The notes under the pieces: model-generated
Database searches by the model: none
What the model saw: the letters and a program-made list of their open reading frames with translations, nothing else
Told to the model about the DNA's origin: nothing
Translations under genes and position numbers: made by a program
In this document: one piece after another, positions 54,766-64,000 of the stretch
How positions within the stretch are numbered: position 1 is the first letter of the stretch
Layout of the letters: each line of letters begins with the position of its first letter
Assembly (NCBI GenBank): GCA_965262715.1
Contig: OZ253553.1
Coordinates: forward strand, 704,001-768,000
Direction: 5' to 3'
Source: Bdellovibrionales bacterium
GTDB lineage: Bacteria > Bdellovibrionota > Bdellovibrionia > Bdellovibrionales > JAUICD01
Length of the DNA: 64,000 bases

Positions 54766-54872
54766 CCTAAAAATAGACAAGTTTTTTAGGCAATCAGCAT
54801 TTTGCTGACGGTGTGAACCGTCACGCTGATTGCCCAAAAATGGTCAGAGACCAGTTCATTTTTAGTGATACA
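54766..54872 (+). repeat. GNRA-loop structured repeat copy
   Basis: GGCAATCAGC..GACGGT-GTGA-ACCGTC..GCTGATTGCC. Confidence 0.8.
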
Positions 54873-54880
54873 GCTTTTCT

Positions 54881-55045
54881 AGGCAAGCCTTTTGAGACAA
54901 GCCTCTGTCTGGCTCTAGGCAACCCCCGTGCCATGCATTGCTTTTACTTTTTGATCTTATTATAGAATAAAATATTTTATACAAGCTTTGTCTCCTAAGG
55001 CACTGGCCTAAGCCAATCCAGAGGCTTGTCTCAAAAGGCTTGCCT
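54881..55045. repeat. Palindromic element with AT-rich loop, copy 2
   Basis: 27-bp perfect terminal IR and TTATAGAATAAAAT core. Confidence 0.78.
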
Positions 55046-55075
55046 TAAAGGTTGATTTATTTTGAATAAGACATC

Positions 55076-55350
55076 TTATGTATTTTGGCATAGCTTATAG
55101 AGATAAGCTCCTAATATATCAGCTTCTTTGATAAGCTCAATATGGTTGATGATGTCTAATATGGCCTGGACTTCCCTCAATGATCCAAAAGCAATCCTAT
55201 AAAACTTTCTTCGGTCTTTTGCCGTTGATTTTGCGCTCCCTTCAGCTAAATTAAGCACAATACTTAAAGAGGCTCTTTTAATTTTAATTTATTAGATTTA
55301 TGATAAAACTGTTTAGCTAACTGATAAGTTTTAAATTTTTGCATCGTCAT
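55076..55350 (-). pseudogene. Four-helix-bundle protein (IVP/Avd-like family), frameshifted near 55270
   Basis: MTMQKFKTYQLAKQFY...LKLKEPL* in one frame. RASLSIVLNLAEGSAK...FYRIAFGSLREVQAILD in another. Confidence 0.82.
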
Positions 55351-55513
55351 AAAAATTTCCTCCTTTACTTAAGCCGTAAGGCGATGGGAGGAAATTTTTT
55401 AGATGGAAAAATTTAAAACAGATACTTGTTGCCAGGCACTGCCTACCGGAGTACAGTTTGCCTGATTGCCAGAAAGTCGTCAGAGGTAAGAGGCATTTTT
55501 AGTGTATAGTACG

Positions 55514-55661
55514 ATTTCCCTAACATGTTATAAAAAACGAGAGGAGTCTCCCTACTCAAAATAAACAATTTTTTGAGGCAGTTAGCGTTTTCTTGAAGAC
55601 GTGAGTCTTCAGGCTAACTGCCCAAAAATGACCAGAGGTCAGTTTATTTTGAGTGAAACAG
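55514..55661 (+). repeat. GNRA-loop structured repeat copy
   Basis: ACTCAAAATAAAC..GGCAGTTAGC..GAAGAC-GTGA-GTCTTC..GCTAACTGCC..GTTTATTTTGAGT. Confidence 0.82.
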
Positions 55662-55663
55662 CC

Positions 55664-56305
55664 TTATTGATTGAAGTTTTTGATCTTCTTTTTATTGACC
55701 ACACCATCATCATTAATAAGCCCTTTGGTTTCCAGAAGTTCTTTTGCTAGGTGTGATCCTGTTTTGATATATTTATCATAGAGTCTAAGCAGATCTGTAT
55801 TGTTTTGAAGTTTTGATTTATGACTAAAAAACGTTAATAGGTCCATAAACTTTATAAACTTTGTAGCAAACTCCATATAAAGTTCTTGAAAAGAATTGTC
55901 ATTTATAGTTTTCGATAATCTTTGATAAGCAACACAACCAATGTCAGCATAGTAGTCAACGTCGATGATTTTGTATTTTAGAGAATCTCCTAAGAAACCG
56001 CTAACATAAAGACTTGTATCTCCTAATTTTTTAAGCAGGTTGATACGAATACCTTGTTTTTGGTTTGTAGCGGTTAATAACATTTCTGCAAGTGTGCCTG
56101 TTGAGGGGGTTTCTTTATTGTTTGACTTTTCTGTCTTTTTCTCAAATAAGTTATCCGCAGATAAGAATTGTTCCATAACTTCTATGAGGTAAAAGCGCGC
56201 CATTTGAGAAGGGTAAAACTTTGTTTTTTGCATACCTTCATCAATGACCTCAGTAAAATACTCCCTGCAAGAAACTACGGCATTATTTAAAGGTGGTTGG
56301 CTCAT
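55664..56305 (-). CDS. Conserved hypothetical protein
   Basis: AGGAG RBS. LKKLGDTSLYVSGF...DVDYY and LLRLYDKY motifs. Confidence 0.75.
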   Translation of the reverse strand: MSQPPLNNAVVSCREYFTEVIDEGMQKTKFYPSQMARFYLIEVMEQFLSADNLFEKKTEKSNNKETPSTGTLAEMLLTATNQKQGIRINLLKKLGDTSLYVSGFLGDSLKYKIIDVDYYADIGCVAYQRLSKTINDNSFQELYMEFATKFIKFMDLLTFFSHKSKLQNNTDLLRLYDKYIKTGSHLAKELLETKGLINDDGVVNKKKIKNFNQ

Positions 56306-56492
56306 ATTAACTCCTCTTGATATATAAAGAAGGCCTTGCCATCACATATTTAATAGTATAACTTTATATCTCTTAATTTATAAGTGGTACATGCCTTTTA
56401 GCTATAAAATAGCCGTACTTTTGGCTGGATTAAACGTTAAAGTAGTAAAGCAATAATAAAGATTTCTTAATTTTTTAAGGGTGGAAAACACT

Positions 56493-58379
56493 ATGGGAGA
56501 AATTTCTGATATTTTAATTGTGGGAGCTGGCCATGCAGGGGTAGAAGCTGCTCTTGCAGCCAGTCGTTTAGCTTGTAAGGTCACAGTTGTAACGACAAAC
56601 ACAGATCGTATTTCCTTTATGAGCTGTAACCCTGCAATTGGGGGTTTAGCAAAAGGACATATAGTTAGAGAGATTGATGTGCTTGGTGGTGAAATGGGAT
56701 ATCAAGCAGATAATGCTTGTATTCAATTTAGGCGTCTTAATGCAAGTAAAGGTCCTGCTGTAAGGGGTTCACGCGCTCAGTGTGATAAAGTTCTTTATTC
56801 TCAAAATATGAAAAAAGCTTTATGTTCTCATTCAAATATTCATTTATTAAAAGCTGAGGTTTCCAGTTTGATTATAGAAGATAATATTTGTAGAGGAGTT
56901 ATTTTAAAAGATAACTCACGTATATTTAGTAAGACTGTTGTGATCACAACTGGAACTTTTATGAACGGGATGATGCACATAGGTACAAATAAGCAAATGG
57001 GAGGCCGGGTAGGAGAAAAAGCCACAGTAGGGCTTTCTTCTCAGCTTGCTGATATAGGATTTTCTGTACATCGTTTAAAGACAGGTACCCCTGCTCGCCT
57101 TGATGCTAAAAGTATCAACTGGTCTTTAACAGAGGAGCAGTTAGGTGATAAATTGTTTTATCCTTTTAGCTACCGGAGTTCAAATGTTCCAAAACTACCT
57201 CAAATCAGCTGTTATTTAGCTTACACAAGTGATAAAACCCATGAGATTATCAGAAAAAATATTCATAAAAGTCCTATATATAATGGAATCATTGAGAGTA
57301 CTGGTCCAAGATATTGTCCAAGTATTGAAGATAAAGTGATGAGGTTTCCGGATAAACTTCGACATCAAACTTTTTTAGAGCCAGAAGGTCTAAATACAAA
57401 TTCTATTTATCTTCAAGGTATTTCAACAAGTCTTCCTAAGGAAGTTCAAGATGATTTTTTAAAAACCATTCCAGCACTTAAAAATGTTAAAGTTTTACAA
57501 TATGGCTATGCTGTAGAATATGATTTTGTTGAGCCTTGCCAGATCAAGCATACACTTGAAACAAGACTGATCTCTAATTTATTTTTAGCAGGGCAAGTTA
57601 ATGGTACAAGTGGATATGAAGAAGCAGCAGGTCAAGGATTAGTTGCAGGAGTAAATGCGGCTTTAAAGATTAAAAATCAAAACGAATTTTTATTAGAAAG
57701 GGACCAAGCTTATATTGGAGTTCTTATTGATGACCTTATCACAAAAGGAACTAAAGAGCCTTATAGAATGTTTACTTCTAGAGCTGAGTTTCGTATGAAC
57801 CTTAGGGAGGATAACACTTTAGAAAGGCTTTTAGAAAAAAGTTATAGATTTAAGCTTTTAACTCAAAAGGATTTTGATCATCTCAACACAATAGTAGAGA
57901 ATCGAAAACAACATTATAAACTACTTGATCAGACAAGGTTAAATCCTAAAAAACAGGTTAAGGAAAAATTTGAAGAATTACAAATACCTTTTCTGCAAAA
58001 ACCTCTTAGCTTTAAGGATTTACTACGTCGTAATGATATTTCATACAAAGACTTAAAACATTTTGGATTTCCTATTATAGAAGACAAAAAGGTAAGTGAA
58101 GCTGTTGAAATTGCTATAAAGTATGAAGGATATATTTCAAGACAGCAGGAATTAATTGACCAAGCTAGGAAATTAGAAGACCTTCCTTTAGAAGATGAAT
58201 TTCCTTATGATAAAATTAAGGGACTTTCTAGGGAAGAAGTTGAAAAACTTCAAAAAATTCGTCCACGCACTTTAGGGCAAGCAAGCCGTATTAGTGGTGT
58301 CAATCCATCAGCTATTCAAGCTTTAATGATTTATAAAAAGGCTAGAGCCAATCAAAACTCTAAAGCTAGTTATAGCTAG
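56493..58379 (+). CDS. mnmG: tRNA U34 carboxymethylaminomethyl modification enzyme MnmG (GidA)
   Basis: GAGHAG, MSCNPAIGGLAKG, GPRYCPSIEDK and EPYRMFTSRAE motifs. Confidence 0.98.
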   Translation: MGEISDILIVGAGHAGVEAALAASRLACKVTVVTTNTDRISFMSCNPAIGGLAKGHIVREIDVLGGEMGYQADNACIQFRRLNASKGPAVRGSRAQCDKVLYSQNMKKALCSHSNIHLLKAEVSSLIIEDNICRGVILKDNSRIFSKTVVITTGTFMNGMMHIGTNKQMGGRVGEKATVGLSSQLADIGFSVHRLKTGTPARLDAKSINWSLTEEQLGDKLFYPFSYRSSNVPKLPQISCYLAYTSDKTHEIIRKNIHKSPIYNGIIESTGPRYCPSIEDKVMRFPDKLRHQTFLEPEGLNTNSIYLQGISTSLPKEVQDDFLKTIPALKNVKVLQYGYAVEYDFVEPCQIKHTLETRLISNLFLAGQVNGTSGYEEAAGQGLVAGVNAALKIKNQNEFLLERDQAYIGVLIDDLITKGTKEPYRMFTSRAEFRMNLREDNTLERLLEKSYRFKLLTQKDFDHLNTIVENRKQHYKLLDQTRLNPKKQVKEKFEELQIPFLQKPLSFKDLLRRNDISYKDLKHFGFPIIEDKKVSEAVEIAIKYEGYISRQQELIDQARKLEDLPLEDEFPYDKIKGLSREEVEKLQKIRPRTLGQASRISGVNPSAIQALMIYKKARANQNSKASYS

Positions 58380-58435
58380 AAGCGGTCTTAAAAATGCTAG
58401 GTCTACTATTTGAACTTACCTTAATGTAATGATCT

Positions 58436-58590
58436 AGAGTTATGGCAGGCTTCTTACATAAGCAAACAGGCAGCCCACGTGCCTTGTATTGCTGTCATTT
58501 TATAATTTTATTATAGAATAAAATATTTTAATGAAGAATTTGTTTCCTAAGGCATTGGCCTTACACTTATTTCAAGCCTGCCATAACTCT
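58436..58590. repeat. Palindromic element with AT-rich loop, copy 3
   Basis: 17-bp perfect IR AGAGTTATGGCAGGCTT / AAGCCTGCCATAACTCT. Confidence 0.78.
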
Positions 58591-58909
58591 ATCTCAATAT
58601 TGCAAAATGCAAAACTTATTTTGCCAGATCGTTTGTAATATATTGGGCTTTGTAGTTCAATGAGTTGATTTTTATCTAACTTGTATCATGAACCTTCTTC
58701 ATCTAGAGATTTGTAATTTTAAGTATTTTTGTTATCTATTAGACTTCTTGGTGTACGTTCTGCTGCATCTATCTTATTTTCATTGTGTTCTGATTCTCCG
58801 GTCTCCCGGGTTCCCAGATTTCAAAAGATGGTAATTTATCAAGATTTAACTTAGATAAATCAATAAACAACAACAAACCTCTTAAATTATAAAGGTTACG
58901 TAAGGTCAG

Positions 58910-60849
58910 TTATTTAGATGGAGGTGTCACTAAATTAACCTCTTCTATCAAAGAAGATATTTTTTCATCAGTGAGGTTTGGATAGGGTTCTTTTAAAAAA
59001 TTGAGATCTGTATGAGCTATTTTTGCCCTGCCGTTACTATTAATAAACTCAACAAATCCATCTCCATGAATTTTAATCCATGCATGGCCAATTTCTTTTG
59101 TAGGAGGAGTTATTCCCATGAGTTTTGTGTGCAAACCATATTCAGAAAACAAGATACTACCAAACTCACTTAACTCTTTACAAACAGCTGATTTTATATC
59201 CAATATATGGCCTAGATGTGGAAGATAGACACCGGGGTTATTTCTGTAGTAGTTTACATTATAAGTTAAACCTCTAGAATGTCCATATTGATTTCTATTT
59301 GGATCTTCTATTAAAGGAACAATATCATTGAGCCAGACATGATAAATTTGAGATCTCTGGTCAGCACTTAAATCTTGAGGTCCTGGTGTGATCCCTATTT
59401 TTTCTTTTATAATATCTGTAGCTCTTTTCATCCATCTTTGTAAACTAGGATCTGTCCAATCAACAACATTATCAAAGGATATCATGTCAAAATGAGGATG
59501 TTCTGCTTCCCCCTTAATTTCAGGAGAGGTTTGACTTAAAAAATGATATTCATCATCAGATGTGTTTAGGGGTGTATTGTTACTTCTTAGAATGCGATTA
59601 ATATCATCGTCTTGAGCATTACCATTACGTAAAAAGTAATCCTTTGCCGTCTGACTCACCTTAGAGGATTCCCAAAGAGGTAGCATCTGTCTTCCACCAA
59701 ATGATAAAGTTCTGTGTTTCAAAGATAGTAGATCAGTGTCACCGTTATAAACTTGAAGTATTATATGATCCCCATTCCACTCAATAATCTTAGCTATATA
59801 TTTTCTTTCACTACCTTCGTCTATAAATGAAATAAACCTTTGATCTCCTCTTAAAACACCTGCAATAAGACCTCTTCTAAAGGTATCTTTAGCTGGATCA
59901 CCAGACATCTCTATTTGTGTTGTATCAAAAAATTGACTTTCTGTATTATTTCTTATGACTTGAATGCTATCCTCTTTTAATGGATCAACATCAGCTTGTT
60001 CAAATAAAATTTTTGCTGCAGGGTCTTGCCAAATAGTATTTAATTGCTGTTCATTTTCAATAGTAATATTTTGACCACTTAAGCTTTTTACAACAATGCT
60101 ATTGGAAGAAACATCAATAATCTTGCCTGGAACACGTTCTTCTTCTGTATTGATATAGCTTATAAATCCTTGGTTACTATCTTGAAGTTCCTTTAATTTG
60201 CTTAAAAAATTGTGTACAATTGAGGGTTCCTGTTCTGGAGGATCTAAGAAGTTACTATCACTATCAAAAGCACTGGATATAAGGAGAGGAAGTAAAAGAG
60301 AAGATTGAAATGCATCTATATCAAAATGATAACTTGTATCTGTAGTCTGTGAAATGAGTTTTGGATAAGCCCTCCTTCTGATTTTATCTTAAAAGGTCCT
60401 AAGTTATTACGATCAAACCCTAATTGTTTTAGCAGAAAAAACTGAAAATCTTCTAGTACATTTAATTCTTTTAAAATATTAAAGAGGGTGCCATCAATAA
60501 GACTCTCCTCGTTAGGCATTTCAAATGCTGTAATTTCTGTTATACCTGCAAGGAAAAAATGATATAGGTTAACCTTTACCTCTTTTGGTGTAAAGAAAGG
60601 GTTAGCTTGATGATTAAGTATTATAGCAATTCTTAAGGATAGCCACATCATATCATGAACTTCTTCAGTAAAATTGTTTTTAGGGTTCCCGTGTAGCTGA
60701 GGAAGAAGTAAGGCACTTGTACACTCTAAAGGGTTTCTTTGTCTAACATTTAGTCTATCTGGGTTTGTTGATTTACTTTCTTGAGCTTCTAGTTCTCCTG
60801 AAATAAATAAAAGTAATAAAAACATATAAAGGAAAATTTTAAATTTCAT
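58910..60849 (-). pseudogene. Secreted protein with a C-terminal transglutaminase-like domain, frameshifted near 60360
   Basis: The 58910 frame stays open up to ~60388 and overlaps the signal-peptide ORF. AVCKELS...GHAWIKI...INSN motif. Confidence 0.7.
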
Positions 60850-60930
60850 TTAAGTATATTCCTTTGATAAAACTTGAAGTTAAGATTATCCCAAAAAATA
60901 GAAGTGATATCAAGAATTATTCTTATAGGT

Positions 60931-60965
60931 TGTAAAATTTACATGTATAAATTGTAAAATTTACA
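60931..60965. promoter_or_regulatory. Tandem TGTAAAATTTACA palindromes (related TTGTAAATTTTACAA at ~40651)
   Basis: Two copies 22 bp apart, upstream of a secreted-protein gene. Confidence 0.5.
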
Positions 60966-61163
60966 GTGAAGTGATCTCAAAAATAAGTTTTGTAGTCTGC
61001 TTTTGCGAGTTAAAAGTTAAAATAGTAAGTTATCATTATCCTGGGATCTGGCATTCAGGCAAGCCGGTAATCATTTCCCGGCAACTGGTTACCATATCTC
61101 CGGATTGCCAGATTGCCTGAAAAAGTATTTAGTAATACATTTATGGTTTTGAGATGAGTTCTA
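60966..61163. mobile_element. Putative MITE
   Basis: Imperfect IR GAAGTGATCTCAAAA / TTTTGAGATGAGTTC, matching the recurrent TAGAAGCCATCTCA motif. Confidence 0.5.
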
Positions 61164-61244
61164 AAAAGAATTAAGAAAACTTTAGATAAAGAATCATAAA
61201 ACTTATTTTAATTGGATCAAATACTTTTTTAACTTTTATAAAAA

Positions 61245-63746
61245 CTAATTTATAGAGTTATGTTGACTGAATATCTCATACTGAAGAGAGATATTTAATT
61301 CACCTGAGCCCCTAATATTGTAAGGATCTGTATTATCGAAAACATTTTCACTCAAGTGTAATTGTATATCATCTGAGGCATCTGAAAATGTGATTTCAAA
61401 ATCTTGATCAGAAACAATAACATTGTTTAATTTAAGAGATACTGAATTTATTTGTATATTAGAAGAGTCTTGATGTTTTGGATCAGTGGGTAATAAAAGT
61501 GAATGTTCTCTGATATTATTTCTTAAACTACCCGCTTCGTATTGAATAAAAATTTCTGCCCCACTTGGAGGAGGGTTTGAAAAAACAATTTCCCCATTTT
61601 TAATAGAAAAATCGTATTCTGGCTGTTCATTCACTGTTACAAAGACATAATTTTTGTTAATAGCTGTATTCTGATTTAAGTGCCAATAAGATTGCAGTTG
61701 TTGACTTCCATCTGGTGTGCTAGAGTGAACATCTTCTATTTGAATATCCATTACATCTGTACTGACTGCTAAATTACTGGTTAAGGAAATATATCTATCC
61801 TCTAAAGGCAAAAGAGCATTTAATCCTTCTTGGTCTTCAACAAAATATTCTATTTTATAAGTAATATCTACCTGATCTCTAATTTGACCAAGGATATTAT
61901 CCATATCTTGATCGTTAAGATTTTTAATATCGAACCATTGACCAGATGTTGCATCGGAAAGAGAAGGGTGCCCAAAGTAATCTTTGGAGAATCCACCGTA
62001 ATCCTGAGCTAAAGTAAAAACTTGTATATTATTATCCTTAAGAGCTTTGATAGTGTCTTCATAATCTGGTGCTCTTTCTTTTGATTCACCTTTGTTAACT
62101 GAGGTCCAAAACAGAGCATCTGTGATCAAAATAACTATACGTTGACTATCAGTACTCCATGGCACTTGGGATGCTGAAAGTACTCCTCCTAATGCATTTT
62201 GAGGATAACTACCGCCTTTTTGAAACTCTAATCTAGAGATATCACTTAAAAATTTTAAAGCGTTATCATTTTGAGGAGTAAGAGGATTATCTGGAAAGAA
62301 ACTATTACAATATCTTTTCACTAAATCTTTAAATGCCACAAAACAGAAACTTGTATATAGCTGAGTTTCTTCTAATTTATTTACAAAATAAGTGATATTT
62401 TCTTTAACAATATGACCATATTCATCCATACTGCCGCCTGTATCAATTGCAAAAACTACTTCTAATGTGTGGTCAAGTTTTTGACTTTGAGAAGAAAGTG
62501 TGTAACTTTCTATTTCTATTTGATTTTCCAAAAGGTGTAGATTATTTTTTTCTAAATCTCTAACATTTAAACCATAATGATCAAAAGCTTGAAAAAATAG
62601 AGTCATTTTATTTTTATTATATGCTGATTGAAAGAATGAATCTTCATTTAGCGCATAGCTGAAAGTATCATGGAATTCATGTTGAGACTTTCTTTCTATA
62701 ACTTTTGGAGGAAGTTGTTTGATAATAAAAGATGTTTTTATATCTGGTTGAACGTCTATAGGTTGGAGGACATTGATTTCATGTTGGGGGTTTATATTTA
62801 AAACATTTGGTATATCTTGAGGTTGGTAAGAAAGGTTAGAATTGTTTTCAAGACGAAAAGTGGGTGGAAGTACTTGAATGGAAGGAGAATCTATATTTGT
62901 ACTACTGTGAGTTTGAATTAACTCTGTTGCAGGTATCGAATTTAAATCTGATTGTAAGTTTGTTAAATTAGGTGAATTTATATGGGCTGTATCTACATAA
63001 GTGATGGGACTGCTTGGTTTTATATCAATGGTTAGAGATGGTGTTGAGGTTATAGTGGGTCTTAAATTCGTAGCATTAAGTGTATTTATATGAACTTGAT
63101 TTGTGTAAGAAGTCTGTAGTGGTGTTTTTATATTTGTTGTAGGTGAGTCTAAGTTTGTGACGTTAGACGTGTCTATGTTCACTGAGTCCATATAAAGTGT
63201 GTGAAGCATAATTGGTTTTTTTATATCTGTGAGTGGATTTGAATTTATATCTGATTTTAAACTTATAATAGGGGCGTCTACAGAATTCATATAAGAAATA
63301 AGAGGTGATGAATTTATATTGATAATTGGAGAAGAAGTCGTATTTATATTTAATTTTAAAGGTGTAGTTATATTAACTGAGCTCATATAAGATGTATGGG
63401 CTGTATCAGGTATTTTTATTGTATTTAGATATAAACTTGAACCTAAGTTTAAACCTGCAACACTAAATGCATGCTCTATAGCATAGGATGTGTGTGTCAT
63501 ACTTGGTGGTTCTATATGAGGTGTTTGATGTATGTTGATATATTCAGCAGTGGATGGAGAGGGTATTGCAATTAATGAATAGGCTTGGTTATTTGGAGTA
63601 ATTAAAGGTCTAGATGGAATGAGAGGCGCAAGTGGTGCTGGAGGTAATCTAGTAGGTCGCTTTATATTATAAAAAAAAGCTTGTTTACCACAACCAGAGT
63701 TTAGAATAATAATAAATAAAGCAAGATAGTTGAGAAGTTGTTTCAT
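61245..63746 (-). CDS. vWA-domain lipoprotein with a repetitive Thr/Ser/Asn/Pro-rich stalk
   Basis: Lipobox NSGC, VVFAIDTGGSM, IVILITDA and repeated (T/I)SY...NI units. Confidence 0.8.
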   Translation of the reverse strand: MKQLLNYLALFIIILNSGCGKQAFFYNIKRPTRLPPAPLAPLIPSRPLITPNNQAYSLIAIPSPSTAEYINIHQTPHIEPPSMTHTSYAIEHAFSVAGLNLGSSLYLNTIKIPDTAHTSYMSSVNITTPLKLNINTTSSPIININSSPLISYMNSVDAPIISLKSDINSNPLTDIKKPIMLHTLYMDSVNIDTSNVTNLDSPTTNIKTPLQTSYTNQVHINTLNATNLRPTITSTPSLTIDIKPSSPITYVDTAHINSPNLTNLQSDLNSIPATELIQTHSSTNIDSPSIQVLPPTFRLENNSNLSYQPQDIPNVLNINPQHEINVLQPIDVQPDIKTSFIIKQLPPKVIERKSQHEFHDTFSYALNEDSFFQSAYNKNKMTLFFQAFDHYGLNVRDLEKNNLHLLENQIEIESYTLSSQSQKLDHTLEVVFAIDTGGSMDEYGHIVKENITYFVNKLEETQLYTSFCFVAFKDLVKRYCNSFFPDNPLTPQNDNALKFLSDISRLEFQKGGSYPQNALGGVLSASQVPWSTDSQRIVILITDALFWTSVNKGESKERAPDYEDTIKALKDNNIQVFTLAQDYGGFSKDYFGHPSLSDATSGQWFDIKNLNDQDMDNILGQIRDQVDITYKIEYFVEDQEGLNALLPLEDRYISLTSNLAVSTDVMDIQIEDVHSSTPDGSQQLQSYWHLNQNTAINKNYVFVTVNEQPEYDFSIKNGEIVFSNPPPSGAEIFIQYEAGSLRNNIREHSLLLPTDPKHQDSSNIQINSVSLKLNNVIVSDQDFEITFSDASDDIQLHLSENVFDNTDPYNIRGSGELNISLQYEIFSQHNSIN

Positions 63747-64000
63747 ATAATAATAGTTACTCTTTAGTTTTCTAAATCCTATTTTTTGTCTCTGACTTAA
63801 TCAGAAAGAGTTATCACACAATATAAAAGTCTGAATCAATATAGATAAGGGTTATATAAAAATTATCCTTTGGTTATCAAATATAATAAAGATGTTTTTT
63901 TAATATATTGACCTTTGATTTAAATAACTTGTCTTTTAGAACTAAAGACTTAGAAGAGGTTATCTAGTTTAAATAGCTTCATAAGAAAACGATATGCTTA

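Noticed and set aside
55076..55350. Diversity-generating retroelement (Avd-like gene, variable pilins)
   Set aside because: No reverse transcriptase, and no repeat pair differing only at adenines.

Overview
AT-rich bacterial chromosomal window. Bdellovibrio-style vWA lipoproteins, HExxHC metalloproteases, type IV pilins and secreted orphans suggest Bdellovibrionota, possibly host-associated; this is inference, not a database result. Housekeeping genes (rsmI, glnS, rlmB-like, liuCDE-like, yejB/E-like, greA, mgtE, mnmG) and three tRNAs (Tyr, Glu, Lys) are mixed with an IS-rich accessory region. It holds two IS1634-family elements, one IS30, one IS256, a mazEF pair, a 'mobile mystery protein' A/B pair, several broken secreted-protein genes and a ~3-kb duplicated type IV pilin cassette. 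Main leads: (1) three families of dispersed non-coding hairpin elements with compensatory base changes, one with a conserved GNRA-type loop in at least 10 copies; (2) paired, inverted 28-bp 11-6-11 palindromes upstream of both pilin operons; (3) a 576-bp direct repeat flanking an IS1634-family element; (4) a GlnRS with an unrecognised ~260-aa C-terminal extension. All calls were made by eye, and repeat boundaries are approximate.
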